DNA from: Camelus ferus
Lineage: Eukaryota
Assembly: GCF_009834535.1 (NCBI RefSeq)
Contig: NC_045697.1
Location: 20,648,001-20,712,000 of the forward strand
DNA: 64,000 nucleotides
Reading direction: 5' to 3'
Shown here: positions 25,321 through 38,039 of the stretch, in pieces
Layout: each line of letters begins with the position of its first letter
Position numbering within the stretch: position 1 is the stretch's first letter
Translations under genes and position numbers: made by a program
Notes under the pieces: generated by a model
What the model saw: the letters and a program-made list of their open reading frames with translations, nothing else
What the model was told of the DNA's origin: nothing
The model's database searches: none

Positions 25321-28300
25321 CAGATCAGCAATTATACCAATTACAATACTAGTCCAGTTTAGCAATGGCAGTTTTTGGTGAAAGATTTAATAGATTTGAC
25401 ATTGAAAGATAGATGACACATATTTCAAATGTTATAGAATGACAGTAGATCCTTCCTTCTCATTGGCCACAGCCATATTTCTGCACATCTACAGTACTGC
25501 CTGTATCATTTTTAGTTTATATCAAAAGGGCAAAAGGACATTAATGGTATGTCCTTTTAAGAGTAAAACTCTCAAGCTTTCTCAACTGCTGTTTCTTGAG
25601 AAAATTAAGCCTTAGTATCCTAAAACGCCCATTGGCATAACAAATTAACTTCTCTCCTATACATCTAGTATAATAGTTATGAATCAACCTTGAGAAAATC
25701 AATAAAATAGTCACTCTACGCATTATCTTTTCTGTGATTCATATGAGAAATTCGGTTGAGAAAAGCCAGATGGAAGTGATAAATTTTATGTCATATCAAC
25801 ATTACCAAAGCCTACCATATCCAGAGGACTGGGAGAGCTATATAAAAAGGTTCCACATAAGGTATCAGTTTCAAAGCTTAATTGGCATTTTATTGCAGAA
25901 AACCATTAAAGCTTGTAGCTACTTTTCTATATGTCCCTTTTAAAGACATTGTTTTTGTTGAGTCAAACACATTGTTGTGCTGAAAAGATGCTACACATGT
26001 AAACCCCCTGTAGGCTTGCAGAAGCCTTGCAATTTATACTTGACAAGAAATTGCTCTCATGCATGAGAATCATACCAATATGTATTTCCTAAAACTATAT
26101 GAAATTTTTACCGCTGCAAATAGTATTCCTTAATTCATTGTTACAGATATTCTTTTTTCTTTGTGCCACTTTTTAACGAGTCTCTGGAGGAGACAAATGT
26201 TAATTTGGGGTAGCTACCAGGACTGCCCCCTGAAACTTTGTGTCATAAGGAATAGAAATTTCACAGCATATTTTCATCAATCACTTAAAAATAGGTACAC
26301 TGGTGAAATTCACACTCTTTTGTTTTGTGTGTCAATAAGCATCTCGGAATACAAAGCTTAAAACTATACTTACAGATCTTCTGAAAAAATAATACAGTTT
26401 ATTTGGTAACTAGCAAAGGAAGACATCTACAATACATTTACTTAGTGAAACACGCCCCCCCCATACACACATTTATATTTTCCTTCTCTCAAAATTATTC
26501 AGCTTTTGATAATTACACTGTAATTAATAATAAATCACAGAAAAAAATGTTTTCTCCTTTAATAAATGTTCATGGCCAAAGAACAAATCAAAAGACTATT
26601 CTTTAAAATTTTAATAGGCATGAAGCATTTTAATGAACACAAATACATAAGAACAAAAATCCTTAACCCCGCATGCAAACAGAAAAATGCAAATTAATTA
26701 GGCATGTAATACATAATTATTGAGTGAAATTTCTTCCAGTTACCAAAAGTACCAGTAGCCTTCTACAAATTAGACAATTTCAGAAGTTACATGGTTTCTT
26801 TTTGTTTTGTTTTATCTAAATTCCAGTATGTCTTACCTAGTATAAAACATATAAAATTTTTGACCTAGAAACCACATCTTCTGTTTGCTCTCCCGCCTGG
26901 ACCTCTTTTGATAAAAAGAAAAATTGTCAGTTTTCTTATCTACCACTCACCTCCAGGCACTTCTTACTTTGAGATTACCTCTTCTGTTTTTCTATTTTGC
27001 CAACAAAGCCCATAAATTTAAAAGCTCAAGTTCATAGGTCAAAGCAATTAGCTAACAACATAAAAAGAGAGGGACTCAGAGAAAAGTCAAAATTCTACTC
27101 TTTTCTGGCTTTTCTGGCCTTTTGACACTAGGAGATGGTCCTGCCATTTCAGTTTAGAAAAATGAGACACTCAGAGACCTCAGTAATGTGAAAGTAGGCT
27201 GGACCCTACACACTGTCCTTCTGAAGAGTGGTTTGCAGCTGTAGATGGCTTCCCCCAAAAAATTAGTATGTGAACTTCTGGCTTTGAAGATAGCTATAAC
27301 TGAGGATTTTGGTGGAGAGAAGTGAGACTATTACTTTTTTGTTTAAAAAAAATGTTTTTGCTTTATAAATTTAACTCCTACAGAGTGCAAGAGAATAGTT
27401 CTAAATAGAGATGAATGAAAGGAGTCAAGAGTTTATGATAAAATATAATGAAAAGTGTGCTGGAAATACATAGATATATTAGAGAGATACTGTATAATCG
27501 AATTGATATTGGTTGCTTTTGTGAATAGCAGCAAGTTCCTCTCTTTATTCTGTTTTTAACTATTCTGAAGTCTAACAGTGAAATAAAAGATTTTACCAGA
27601 TCGGAGAAACTTTTATTATGCTTTGTTTGTTATAAATATCTTTGAAATGTAAAATAGAAGGCCAGAAGTGCTTAACATGTATCGTTAATAAAAATGTGTG
27701 AACAAAATAAAATTAAAATGTTCTGCAAATAAGAATTTTATTTCCTCTCACTTCATTTATTAAAAATACTAAACAATACAGAACACTTCCTTTGAAATAC
27801 ATTGCTCACTTACAAAGTACTTTTTCCACCTTCTTTAGCCTCACTTTATTATTAAGTGTATCCATGAAACATGCATGGTTTGATTTAAAAATAGAGAATA
27901 CCTGATGTTTTACAGAAGTCAGTTATTTAGGTGTCAAAATTATTGCCTTTTCAGCTTCATAAACTGCGTGGCTCATATTAGCATCGTTGAGAGACTATCT
28001 TTTCTCTGGTCCCTTAAAATATCTAGTTGTTTTTACTATTTTAAAGATATATTAGCTATTTCTTTTAATGCTAGATATCCAGATACCAAGAGTAGCATTT
28101 CTATACTTGCTTTTATTCAAATCAGTCTGATAAGATTAAACAGTATGCCATTTTACATGTTTATTACTCAAATAATTGAGACTTTTTTATGCAAAATGTT
28201 TTTGTGTTACAACTTTGAAAGCCAGTAAATGGAACTGAAAATAAAATGACAAAAAAAAAATCCCATTGTTTTGGACAGTCATTTCCCTTGATATGATGAC

Positions 28301-29234
28301 CTGTATTTCAATCAGAGAAAAAAGTAAATGCTCTGTTCCACTTGATTTTCATATTCATATAAAATTGACAATGTTTTCCTGGAGGCAAAGTATTATATCC
28401 ACACTATTTGCTACATATCTCATTGAATCTTTGAACCAAAATATTGTCAAAATCCTGAGTGCTTTTGTAACGGTTAAGGTATTAAAGGTAACACCACTGT
28501 AACAAATGAACAATTTCTTTTCTATTCCCAATTCTTTTTTCTCATACAGAATATTGTCCATCAAACTTGAGATTCTCTAAAGGGCAGTAATCTCTGGGTC
28601 TTATTGACTGTAAGGAGGAGGTTGTATGCTGTGGTGCACGTCTTGTTGAGACAACAGGTATACCACTCTCCCCCGCTGCCATTTCTAATTCCATTGCAAT
28701 GTGGTGGCAGGTGGTTATTTCTAAAGATTGTTAGCAACATAGTCAGCATAATCTTTCTCATGGGGAACTAAATAAATTAACAGCAGCAGTACCTAGAGTT
28801 TCTGAGAGAAGCTGGAAAAGAGTGTACTACAGAGACAGCTGTTTACGGCCTTCCATACTTGCAATACTGTTAAGCAAAGTTGACTCACCTGTGAGATCCT
28901 AGAGTTACTTCCAGAGATATTCCAGCAAAATATTTCAGTCTTGGGGTTCTTAAACAAGGTGAGATTGAAAACAGAGGGACTATAAGCCCTGTGGAGATGA
29001 AAAACGTAATTTTTAGAATACCTGAAATCATATTTATAAATTGTCCTTTCTTTCAAGAAATAGTTTTTAAGAAAATAACCAGGAATGATAATTAATTATA
29101 AACCTTCTTTAAAAATAGAATAAAATGTACAGCGTTCATGAAGTAGAATACTTTATGATATTATTCAAGGAGTTTGTATAAAAACTGTTAAGTGGAGGAT
29201 TGTATTGAATCCCACATTCATCCAAAGACTTCAG

Positions 29235-29435
29235 AGATCTTCTAGAACATAGAAAAGGCAAGGATACCATTTGCCTATAGAAGCTTCCAAAAATGAGCAT
29301 GGCCCTACTGACACCCTGATTTTAGGTCAGTGAGACTCACCCCAGATTTCTGAACTGCACAACTGTAAGATATTATATTAGGTTTGTTTTATTCCACTAA
29401 TTTTGTGGATAATTTGTTACAGCATGGAAAAAAAA
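29235..29435 (+). mobile_element. MLT1D-like LTR, 3' part
   Basis: ctagaacatagaaaaggcaagga...ccctactgacaccctgatttt...aactgtaagata...taatttgttacagca. Confidence 0.75.
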
Positions 29436-30171
29436 AGGTGGCTTGTGACCTCTTCCTCTGCTTTTAAATAGATGACATTTTAGGATTAGAAAACATCGAG
29501 TTCATATAATAAGATGAAAAAAGTTTAACTGATTAGGCATATATGTAAAGGTCAGTGAATTTTTAAATTTTTGTATCACTTACTGAATAATTATCTTATT
29601 TTTTAAACTTTTCATTAATAATAGTATATTTAATTATTCCTAAGTGTTTGTAAAAATTAGTTTGATTCTCAGGATGATGATCAATTTATTTGAACACAGT
29701 AATAATTTTTCAACTATATTAATGATTATAAAGAAGCAGACATGCTTTTCTTTAAGAGAATGAATATAGTAGCATTTTATTATTTCAGAGCTTGACACTT
29801 TTGAGAGGAATTAAATCCTACTAGCTAGTGGTAACGTATTTATCTTTTTCCTGCATTTTTATCAGAATGCCTCAAAGCTTTCAGAATGATGCACATTGTT
29901 TAGACTTCGTTCTTTAGTATCCTTGCTTTCTAAGTAATATTTTAAATTCCTTTTAGTTCTATTTCTGTTATCCCCTAATGTGATAATGTGGATAGTGTAT
30001 ATGAAGATAGTAATATGATGAATTATATTGTTTCATAAAATAATGATAAAAAGCCCTGAATTCAAGAAATGATTTTTTGATCATCTATTTTCATAACTGC
30101 TAGGTTTGAATTGTTTGTATTTTGTTAAACATTTTTTTTATGTCTTGTAAGTGATCATGGTCAGAGATAAT

Positions 30172-30805
30172 TAACAATATTAGCCAGAACTCATTTAACA
30201 TTGACCATGTACTAGCATCTCCTCTAACTCCCTTACACCTGTTTTCTCATTTGCTCTTCACAGCAAACCTCTAAAGATGCTCTATTAATATTTCATTTTT
30301 ATATATGAGGAAGGTGAGTGCAACGGACTGAAATGTGTCCTTGAAAAATTCATGTTGAAGCTGTAACACCCAGAGTTGTGGTATTAGGAGATGGGGCCGT
30401 TGGGAGTTAATTGGGTTTAGATGAGGTCATGAAGTTGAGGCACTCTAGATGGAATTAGGGTTATTATAAGAAGTGTAAGAGACATCAGAGAGCACTCTCT
30501 GTGCACTATATGAAGACACAGTGAGAAGGTAGCCATGTGCAAGTGAGGCAGAGAGATCTCACCAGAACCCTATTTTGCTGGCTTCCTGATCTCAGACTTC
30601 CAGCCTCCAGAACTGTGAGGAAATAAATCTCTCTTGTTTAAGCCACCTAGTCTATGTTTTTTTTTTTTCAATTTTTATTATTTTTTACAGTAGCCTGAGA
30701 TGACATGCATTTGTAATATTTCCCAATGTTACAACAGAATAAGGAATGAAGACAGATTGAATTCAGTCAAGTTCTTTACAAAGCATTTATTGTTAACCAC
30801 TTTTG
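30172..30805 (-). mobile_element. MIR split by the MLT1A0 insertion (30172-30318 and 30706-30805)
   Basis: tctcatttgctcttcacagcaaacc...atgaggaaggtgag before the LTR, and gtaatatttcccaatgttacaacag after it. Confidence 0.65.
30319..30705 (+). mobile_element. MLT1A0-like solo LTR
   Basis: ggactgaaatgtgtcc, gtattaggagatggggcc, gatctcagacttccagcctccagaactgtgaggaaataaat, tttaagccacctagtctatg. Confidence 0.9.
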
Positions 30806-30889
30806 ATGTCAGGATTATGTTTATTTCAGAAAACAAATCGGGACGTTTTTCACAAATTTCACAATTATGTGAAAATTAATTGATCATAT

Positions 30890-31850
30890 GCAAAAATCAT
30901 AGCACAGAGCTTAGTGATTTGTTTTATTTTTAATTTTGATAAACTCTTTTCTTCTGCCTGTGTGTTGATTGAATGTTTGTTTTTCTTTTATTTTCCTTAA
31001 AAGTCAAGCATTCCATTAGCATATTTCCAATGTGGCTTTGTTCCCTTTACTTAATTAGTCACGCAAATCAAGGGATATTTTTGTCTGTAGAGTCAATGAT
31101 TTCTTTATTTCAGAAAATATTTTCTCTATAATAATTAGAATATTTTTATTCCTCCCATTTATTCTTGACTCTTCAAATAACTTCAATGATCTAATAATGT
31201 GGCTCCAAACCTAACACTATCCTAACACTTGCACTGGGTAAATCCAATTCTTATTCTAGTCCTAACCCTGACACATCCAGGGTTCATCCTCTTCTTCTTT
31301 CTGATGATCATTATCCCTTAAACTTCCATCATGAATTCTCAACTATGAATGTAGGTTTGTTCTCTGTATCACTGGTTTGAGTTTTTACATAATTGACTTC
31401 ATTACTAACGACTTAACAAAACATTTAAAATTATTTGTAATGTGTTTTCACTTTTATTAAGTCATTTCCTTATTTCATGTATTTTTTAACCTCTTTTCCA
31501 ATGATAGAATTTCAATGAAATCTTTGGTCTTGTCATCTTGTCTGCAATCTTTTGTTTCATAGATTTCATGTTTTCTTTCATTTTACCAGGAGCACAAATC
31601 AGAAACTCTCTATATTTTACTTCTGTGTTTGGTAACACATCTTTTTCCAAAAGTTTTGTTTTTAATTGCTTTCTTTTGAGAGCTTGACTTTCTATCTTTG
31701 GCTTGAAGAACCCGTTATAACCTCAACATTTATTTTTATTTTCTTATTATTTTTCTTTGAATGATGAAATTCTTCCCCAAACTTAACATGTTTCCCCAAA
31801 TGCAAAATGAGTGTCTTCTTGATTCCCCTCTCCAACTGGATTTTATTATT
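30890..31850 (-). mobile_element. HAL1 / old L1 ORF1-type fragment
   Basis: ttcttctgcctg, ttttccttaaaagtcaa and ctgtagagtcaatgatttctttatttcagaaaatattttct resemble reverse HAL1. The T-rich strand asymmetry fits. Confidence 0.55.
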
Positions 31851-32059
31851 GATTTTTAATGTCTTAAGCCATAGGCGGATTGTCAGAGAACAAGGGATTG
31901 TGCTGCTTAAACGTGCTTAAAAAGAACTTGAGCTAGGGTAATTTAATGGGTAAACTAGGAAATGGGTTTTTATTTTCACCGTGATTCTCTTTTCACCCTT
32001 AATTCTGACTATACTGAACAACTTGCCGTTTAGATGAAGAATCGGGCTCTTCTGCAATT

Positions 32060-32310
32060 GTCTCCTGACTTACTGTTTCTCTCACTAAAAGTGTTCTTGA
32101 CAACTTAAAGCAACCAGTTAACTCCCACTCATCATTTAAAGGTAATTTTAAGTATCATTTTTTGCTAGAATTGTCCTGTGAAATCTATGTCTGAACCAGT
32201 TGGCTGTAATCTCAAATTCCATGGCAACCTATTGGTGCTTCTATCACACACCACACATAAAGGCATTTATCACTGCGTGTCTCCCAAGAGACTACATTTG
32301 GGTTACAAAA
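32060..32310 (+). mobile_element. L2 fragment
   Basis: aactcccactcatcatttaaag...ggcatttatcactg...tgtctcccaagagacta. Confidence 0.5.
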
Positions 32311-33029
32311 TCCTTTGAGCTTCTGATTAAGATGAGAATATTTTCCTTACAAAAATACTTAAAAGAAAATACATGACCCTTTTTACATTGAATTCCATCA
32401 GGTCCATGAATTCTGCAAAACTCGTATGAATACTGCCTAACATTTCACACAGTTGGATGAATATTCCAGGTGGGCTGCTTATTGTTACAGGAGACCATGC
32501 AGATCTTCCCTGTAAGATTATGATTTGTTTAGCCCTAAAAACAAAACAAAACAAAACAAAACAAAGTAAAAAATTTTGCAGCAAGAAGAGAGTTAGCTTC
32601 CAGACATGCAGCTCTGGTTGACACTCAAAGTGCAATATACTGTGGGAGGTCAGAAACAGATAACTTCTCTGTGCCTGTTCTTTTCTTTTTTCCTTCTTAC
32701 AGACATTCAGCTCTTTTGATATCTAAATAGAACTTGGCATCAATGAGTTCATATCCTCTTAGGGAGAGGAAGTAGAATCAGTTAGCTGGTCAACCCTAGT
32801 GCTGTCTAAGCCTCCTGCTGTCTAGGGTCCTGGAATGAGGATCCCTCACGTTGGTATAGGGGTATCTGTAATAGACTACCCAACTTTCGATTTTCATCTT
32901 GCCTATTATCTGACTCATAGCTGTGGATTCAAAGCATGCATCTTAACAGAATGTCCTTGAAGTCCACTATGCTGATTTTTCCTTAACTTCAAAAAGAAAC
33001 AATTGATTTCTTATTATTATGAGTTATTT

Positions 33030-33178
33030 TTCATGTTCTCAATTTTTCTGGCCCTCACCTTAATTTTATGTAAAATTGAGGTAATATTTAATTATCAAGG
33101 CTGATGTAAGGCATAGGAATAAAACGTGTGTAGTATAATCACCGAATAGAAAACTGTTGGAATTGTTGTTGCTGCTCT
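33030..33178 (+). mobile_element. MIR fragment
   Basis: tatgtaaaattgaggtaata...aaggctgatgtaagg. Confidence 0.5.
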
Positions 33179-33187
33179 TGTTGGAAG

Positions 33188-33275
33188 CATTCACTCATTT
33201 ACCCATTACCAATATATCTTGTGAGCATCTGCTATCCACTGGGAACTATGCTGCATGGAGATCTCATGACTATTG
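33188..33275 (-). mobile_element. L2 3' terminus
   Basis: cattcactcatttacccatt...tgagcatctgctatccactgggaactatgct. Confidence 0.55.
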
Positions 33276-33539
33276 ATGCAGTACATTTGCAAGGATACCT
33301 GTGCCTGATATGATCATCGTATTATCCTCTCTCTGAGTGTAATCTAGGTGTGTTACAAATGAATATTTGACATAAGTTAATCAGCCCAGGGGATTCTATG
33401 GCTTCAATTACAGGTATTATAAGAGAATGGTTTGTATTTAGAGTAGGGGAATTTAAAATGAATTGGCATCGCACCAACACTGACTACCTGCATAAAGGAG
33501 AGAGCACTTGGCCCTTTGGGCATCATTAACGAATAAGCA

Positions 33540-33645
33540 AGGAAAGATATCTTTTATTGGGTCTCCATTTTAATCCCCAGTACATGTCTCAGCCTCAGGT
33601 GTGTAAGTAGTGTTCTTTAAATAATTTTGATTTAGCAAAATAATA
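33540..33645 (+). mobile_element. L2 3' terminus
   Basis: atccccagtacatgtctcagcctcagg...gtagtgttctttaaata. Confidence 0.5.
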
Positions 33646-34064
33646 ACTGAACCAATGGCAATATTAACGTTTAAATTTGTTACTTAGATTGTGAATATTA
33701 CTTTATAGATAAATCTTACAGCTACATAGGCTTAGTACAGAGGGAAGTGGAACTAGGCCTGTGAGAAGCCGAACAGAATGGAACATTTTACTATATAATT
33801 TGAAATTGGGTACCTCCACCACACTGAGGCTCTTACAGTTACCAGGACTGATTCTGTACAACACTGGCATACCTGTTTAATTCAGGTTATGTTCAATTTC
33901 ATTCAAAGTGTTAAATGTCACTCAGAGAACAAAAATGAAAAAAAAATTGTATTTTTCCAACATGATTCTACAAGGTAATATTTTTCTGAATTGCTTAATT
34001 TAATGTAAAAATTGAACTAAATGGTAACTTTAGGTTGGAGTAAAACATAGCTGTTTCACTTAAA

Positions 34065-34470
34065 ATAACAATTAATTATCCTTATTAAGTTTTTACCATG
34101 CTTTAGGAATGTTTCTATGTTCCAACATTGCTTAGTTCTTATCACAATCTTATGAGGAAAACTGTTATTTCCCCCACTTTACAGATTGTGGAAATAAGTC
34201 AGAGAGGGAGCGTAATTAACTTTATTGTAGTTATAATTCTTAAGGTGTTGAACCTGGATTTTGATCCAGACTCTTTAACTCCGTATTCTTAAACACAATG
34301 TGTACAGCCTTTCTGCCTGTGCAAAGATTAGCTCACTTTGTGTTGAACAGTATGCTGCAAATTTATAAGGCTCTCTTATTTCATGGTTACTGCTAGCCTC
34401 TGAGGTGGGTTCTATTTTTAACCCTATTTTACAGAAAACTAAAGCTCAAATAGGTTATTATGTATAGAGA
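34065..34470 (-). mobile_element. Two adjacent MIR copies (about 34065-34310 and 34330-34470)
   Basis: atcacaatcttatgagg...cccccactttacagattgtggaaa, and ctctgaggtgggttctatt...cctattttacagaaaactaaagctca. Confidence 0.7.
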
Positions 34471-35464
34471 CATGTAAATAAACTGTAGAGGACTAAATAC
34501 TATGTATCAGATCCTGCGGACATGAAATCCTTAGACATGGCGACTAGTTTTGGCAGTCATCATGCAGTCATCTGATTAACAGATTTGTTGATTTTTTGGG
34601 GGGGTGGAGGGGCGGGTATTCACAGATGTGGCCTCATTCTCTGCTTCCACAAAATTTAAAATTAAGATTAAAAATTTGCAGGTGCTACAGAGATACTTTT
34701 TCGACTGATAAATATTCTTTCTAGGCATTCCGTTATTTCACATTTTCTTTATGAGCCCATTAATTTGCATTTAGACAGTGCCACTTTGCAAAAGGCTTGA
34801 TAAAATGAAAGTTACTTTGATTTTAAATTTTACACTAGGATTTTCAAAAAAGGACTCTTTGCTTAGTCTCATGCATTACTGAGAATCACATTTCTATGTG
34901 TGTTATATATAATTCTAGCCACAGACTCCACTGGAACCTTTCAAGAGTGTGATGCCACAGCAGGGACACTTATTCTGGGGCTAGAAGTGTTTTAAACACC
35001 TCCTCAGAGGTTGCCTGGAAACGACACTTGTTGCACATTAAGCATCAGTGTTAAGGCACTTTAAGTGGGGTTGGTTCTTATTCTCTCAGAACAAAGAAAT
35101 TTGCACCACATTTGTACAAAAATGGCTGGCAATTGTTTGCTTGGATTTTACTCTGGGTATTGTTTTTGGAATTTTATTTTTGAATTCATTCATCCAAATG
35201 CTGTATTTGCTAGAGATTTCTACATGTAACTTGTATTGCTGAAATTCCTATTTTTGATTGATATACATCTTCTAGAAAAAATAATCTGAATGTAAAAATG
35301 TGAGGAAAACAATTTGAAAAGGTACAGCACAATTTAAGTCAAATTGTTATGCTGGAACAAAGGAGGGTCACTGCAAAATGTGCAGGAGGGATCTTAAACT
35401 GTTCTCGTCTCAGCTCATACATTTAATAATGATCTTCACAAATCACTCCCATCCCTGACTCTTA

Positions 35465-35575
35465 CGATTTTCATCTGCAAAATGGGGATAATAACACTTT
35501 ACTATATGCTGCACAAGATTTATTAGATGAGCAATGAATGACATGCTTAGAAAGTATTTATAAGTTATGAATGTA
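35465..35575 (+). mobile_element. MIR core
   Basis: ttttcatctgcaaaatggggataataaca. Confidence 0.7.
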
Positions 35576-35914
35576 AAGTATTCTTGTGTATATAGTCAAA
35601 GTCATGTATTCATTCATGAAAATGTATGAGATTTCCTGCAACTGATTAATGCTTTGGAAACAGTTGCTTTTTAAGAAAATAAGACCCGATGATTGAACTC
35701 AGAGGAATCAATATAAACTACTCCTACAAGTGGGGAAAAATTAAAGTGCTCACTCAACCTCAGAGATTTAGCAGTGTCATTTTTCTGCATGAGGGACAAC
35801 CAACTACTGAGTCTCCACACACTGACTAGTAACAAGAAATTGCTCCCCCAAGTCAGTTTTTATTCCTGAGTGCCAGTTCCTACAGTAAAAATCAATAGAT
35901 GACAGTCTCAACTT

Positions 35915-36009
35915 TTACACTGCACTTATTCAATTAAGCCTCATGGCAAACTTTCAAGATTCGTGTCGATTTTATAGCTGAGGAGAGGGAGGAAGAGTGA
36001 ATTTATGCA
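35915..36009 (-). mobile_element. MIR fragment flanking the MLT1H LTR
   Basis: attaagcctcatggcaaac...attttatagctgaggaga. Confidence 0.5.
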
Positions 36010-36526
36010 AATTGCACAGAAGTATCTCAAAACTTACTGACATAAAACAACTATCGTTTGATTATAGCTCATAATTTTGCAGGTCATGACTGTCAGCAGG
36101 GATCAGATGGTATCTCTTGTGTTCCATTTGGCATAATTGAGGCCACTAGGTGACATTCAACTGGTGGCTGGTCTGGCCTGGGATGTTTAAGATGTCTTCA
36201 CTTATAGGTCTAGTGCCTAGAGGAAACAACTATAAAGTAGGACTCAGATGGGCAACTCTTTTCTCCACGTAGTTTCCTATCTTTTTTTTTTTTTTTTTCA
36301 TGGTCTCTCCAGCAGGGAACCCAGACTCCACATGTGATGACTCCAAGAGACTAAGAAAGAAACTGCCAGTAGCCTGGATCTGAATCATTGCGTCCATGGT
36401 GCTCTCTATTGGTCAGAGGAATCACACTTTCAAAGAGTGAAAAGTTACACTTTCCTACTTTTAAAGGGATAGAAAAGTCTTCCATCCTTCAATAGGAGAA
36501 TTTGCAGCCAAATTAAATCCACTACA
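36010..36526 (-). mobile_element. MLT1H-like solo LTR
   Basis: caaaacttactgacataaaacaac, gctcataattttgcaggtca, ggtctctccagcaggg, ctattggtca, gaatttgcagccaaattaaatccactaca. Confidence 0.75.
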
Positions 36527-37734
36527 ATGTTCAAGTCTTTTGGGTCACGATATTATTTTTCCCAAATAGCTTTTTCACATATTTAGTGAAAATGCTTCCA
36601 TTACTTTAAGAGATTTTATTGGGTGATTCACCAGAGTGTTATCTTCCTTCAACATTTCGTGCCATTTCAAACTTACGCCCATACACATACCAAAGAATAT
36701 GCCCTGGTTTTGTTACAAACAATCCTTCCGTGAAACATAAAGTGATCACTCAGGCTCCTTGGCCCAAGTTTGACTGTCTTTAGAATTGATTTGTGGGTCA
36801 GAAAGAAAATTTTTTAGATCAAATATTCTGTACATTTATTCATAAGTATTCCCCTTACGGTCACACATTTATAAGATGGTTGTCTCCATGATGTTTGAAA
36901 GTAATATATTTAAAATACAGTCATTCTTCACTTTTAACAGTAAATGTACTAAGAACATCTGTACGATTTTCAAAATGCTCTCAAAATTTTTTTTATTATT
37001 TAACATTCTAATTTCTTTTTAGGCTTTTTATGCAGTGAAACTATAGATTTCTAGAAAAACTTCTATCCAATCAAATTAAACAAAGCAGATGAGCATTATG
37101 TTCTTAACCAACCTTTATCTCACAAATAGTTTCCTTGCTGCCAATGGTTAGCTATTTGCTATGTGCTTCTCTGAAAGTTAAAACAACAAGTATTCACTGT
37201 TCTATTAAATCTTTAACCTTGATACATCTTGTACTTCCAAAGGATGAATGTTATAGATTTCCTTACTTCTTGATTGTTCTCTGGTACGTTTCATTTCCAG
37301 AAAATATATATGTTGAATGGAAAATGATACATGGTGTGGTTTATGGCCCCTTGCCCAGTGAGTCTGCAGTTGAAGACAGCTATAAAGCATGGATTAGCAA
37401 GTATGTAACACACAGAACCTGGGGAAACTTTTTGGTATGTCACTCCCTAGACACTTTCTGTACAACTCCTCCAGGCATAACGGATGAATACTGCCTTCAC
37501 AATTGCTTGGTGGTCCCAAGGGATTCTGTTTCTGGAGATGCAGTTTTCTGGAAGTTATATATTCCTAAGTGGTGTATTAGCCAGGGAGGCATTATGCAAA
37601 GCCATATCCTTGGAGCATTTGGATATTCCATTTCTTTCCTGAAGTAAACAAGACTGGTTTATGTCCTCAGCAGCACCATTGTCCCAGCCATGCTGTCTTC
37701 ATTCCTATCAGCAGCGATCTATTAACATGGCAGT

Positions 37735-37900
37735 GCAGTTGCTCTATGATTTGTGACAAGTTACTCGGTTGGGCTAATTTGCAATTTTCTTTTTTAAAAT
37801 TGGATAGTGATAATAATATCCAGCTCATGGAGCTCACATAAGAAACAAATATAGCAATGCATGCAAAGTTCTTAGCACAGCACTGCCTATGTTGTGTTTA
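37735..37900 (+). mobile_element. MIR
   Basis: gacaagttact...ataataatatccagctcatgg...aatgcatgcaaagttcttagcacag. Confidence 0.7.
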
Positions 37901-38039
37901 TTTTACTTTACATGATGTATTTTATAACTTGGAGATCTTTCTCTTGTTTAGCATGTTATATTTCTGATATCAACACATTCTACCATTATGACATCTTTCA
38001 TGATAGTCCCTTCTTTTCTTTTCTCATTTCCAGAGAATT

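Noticed and set aside
16068..29435. MLT1D 5' half (16068) and 3' half (29235) as one LTR split by 13 kb
   Set aside because: The interval contains L2 fragments and unique DNA older than MLT1D, so two independent partial LTRs are more likely.
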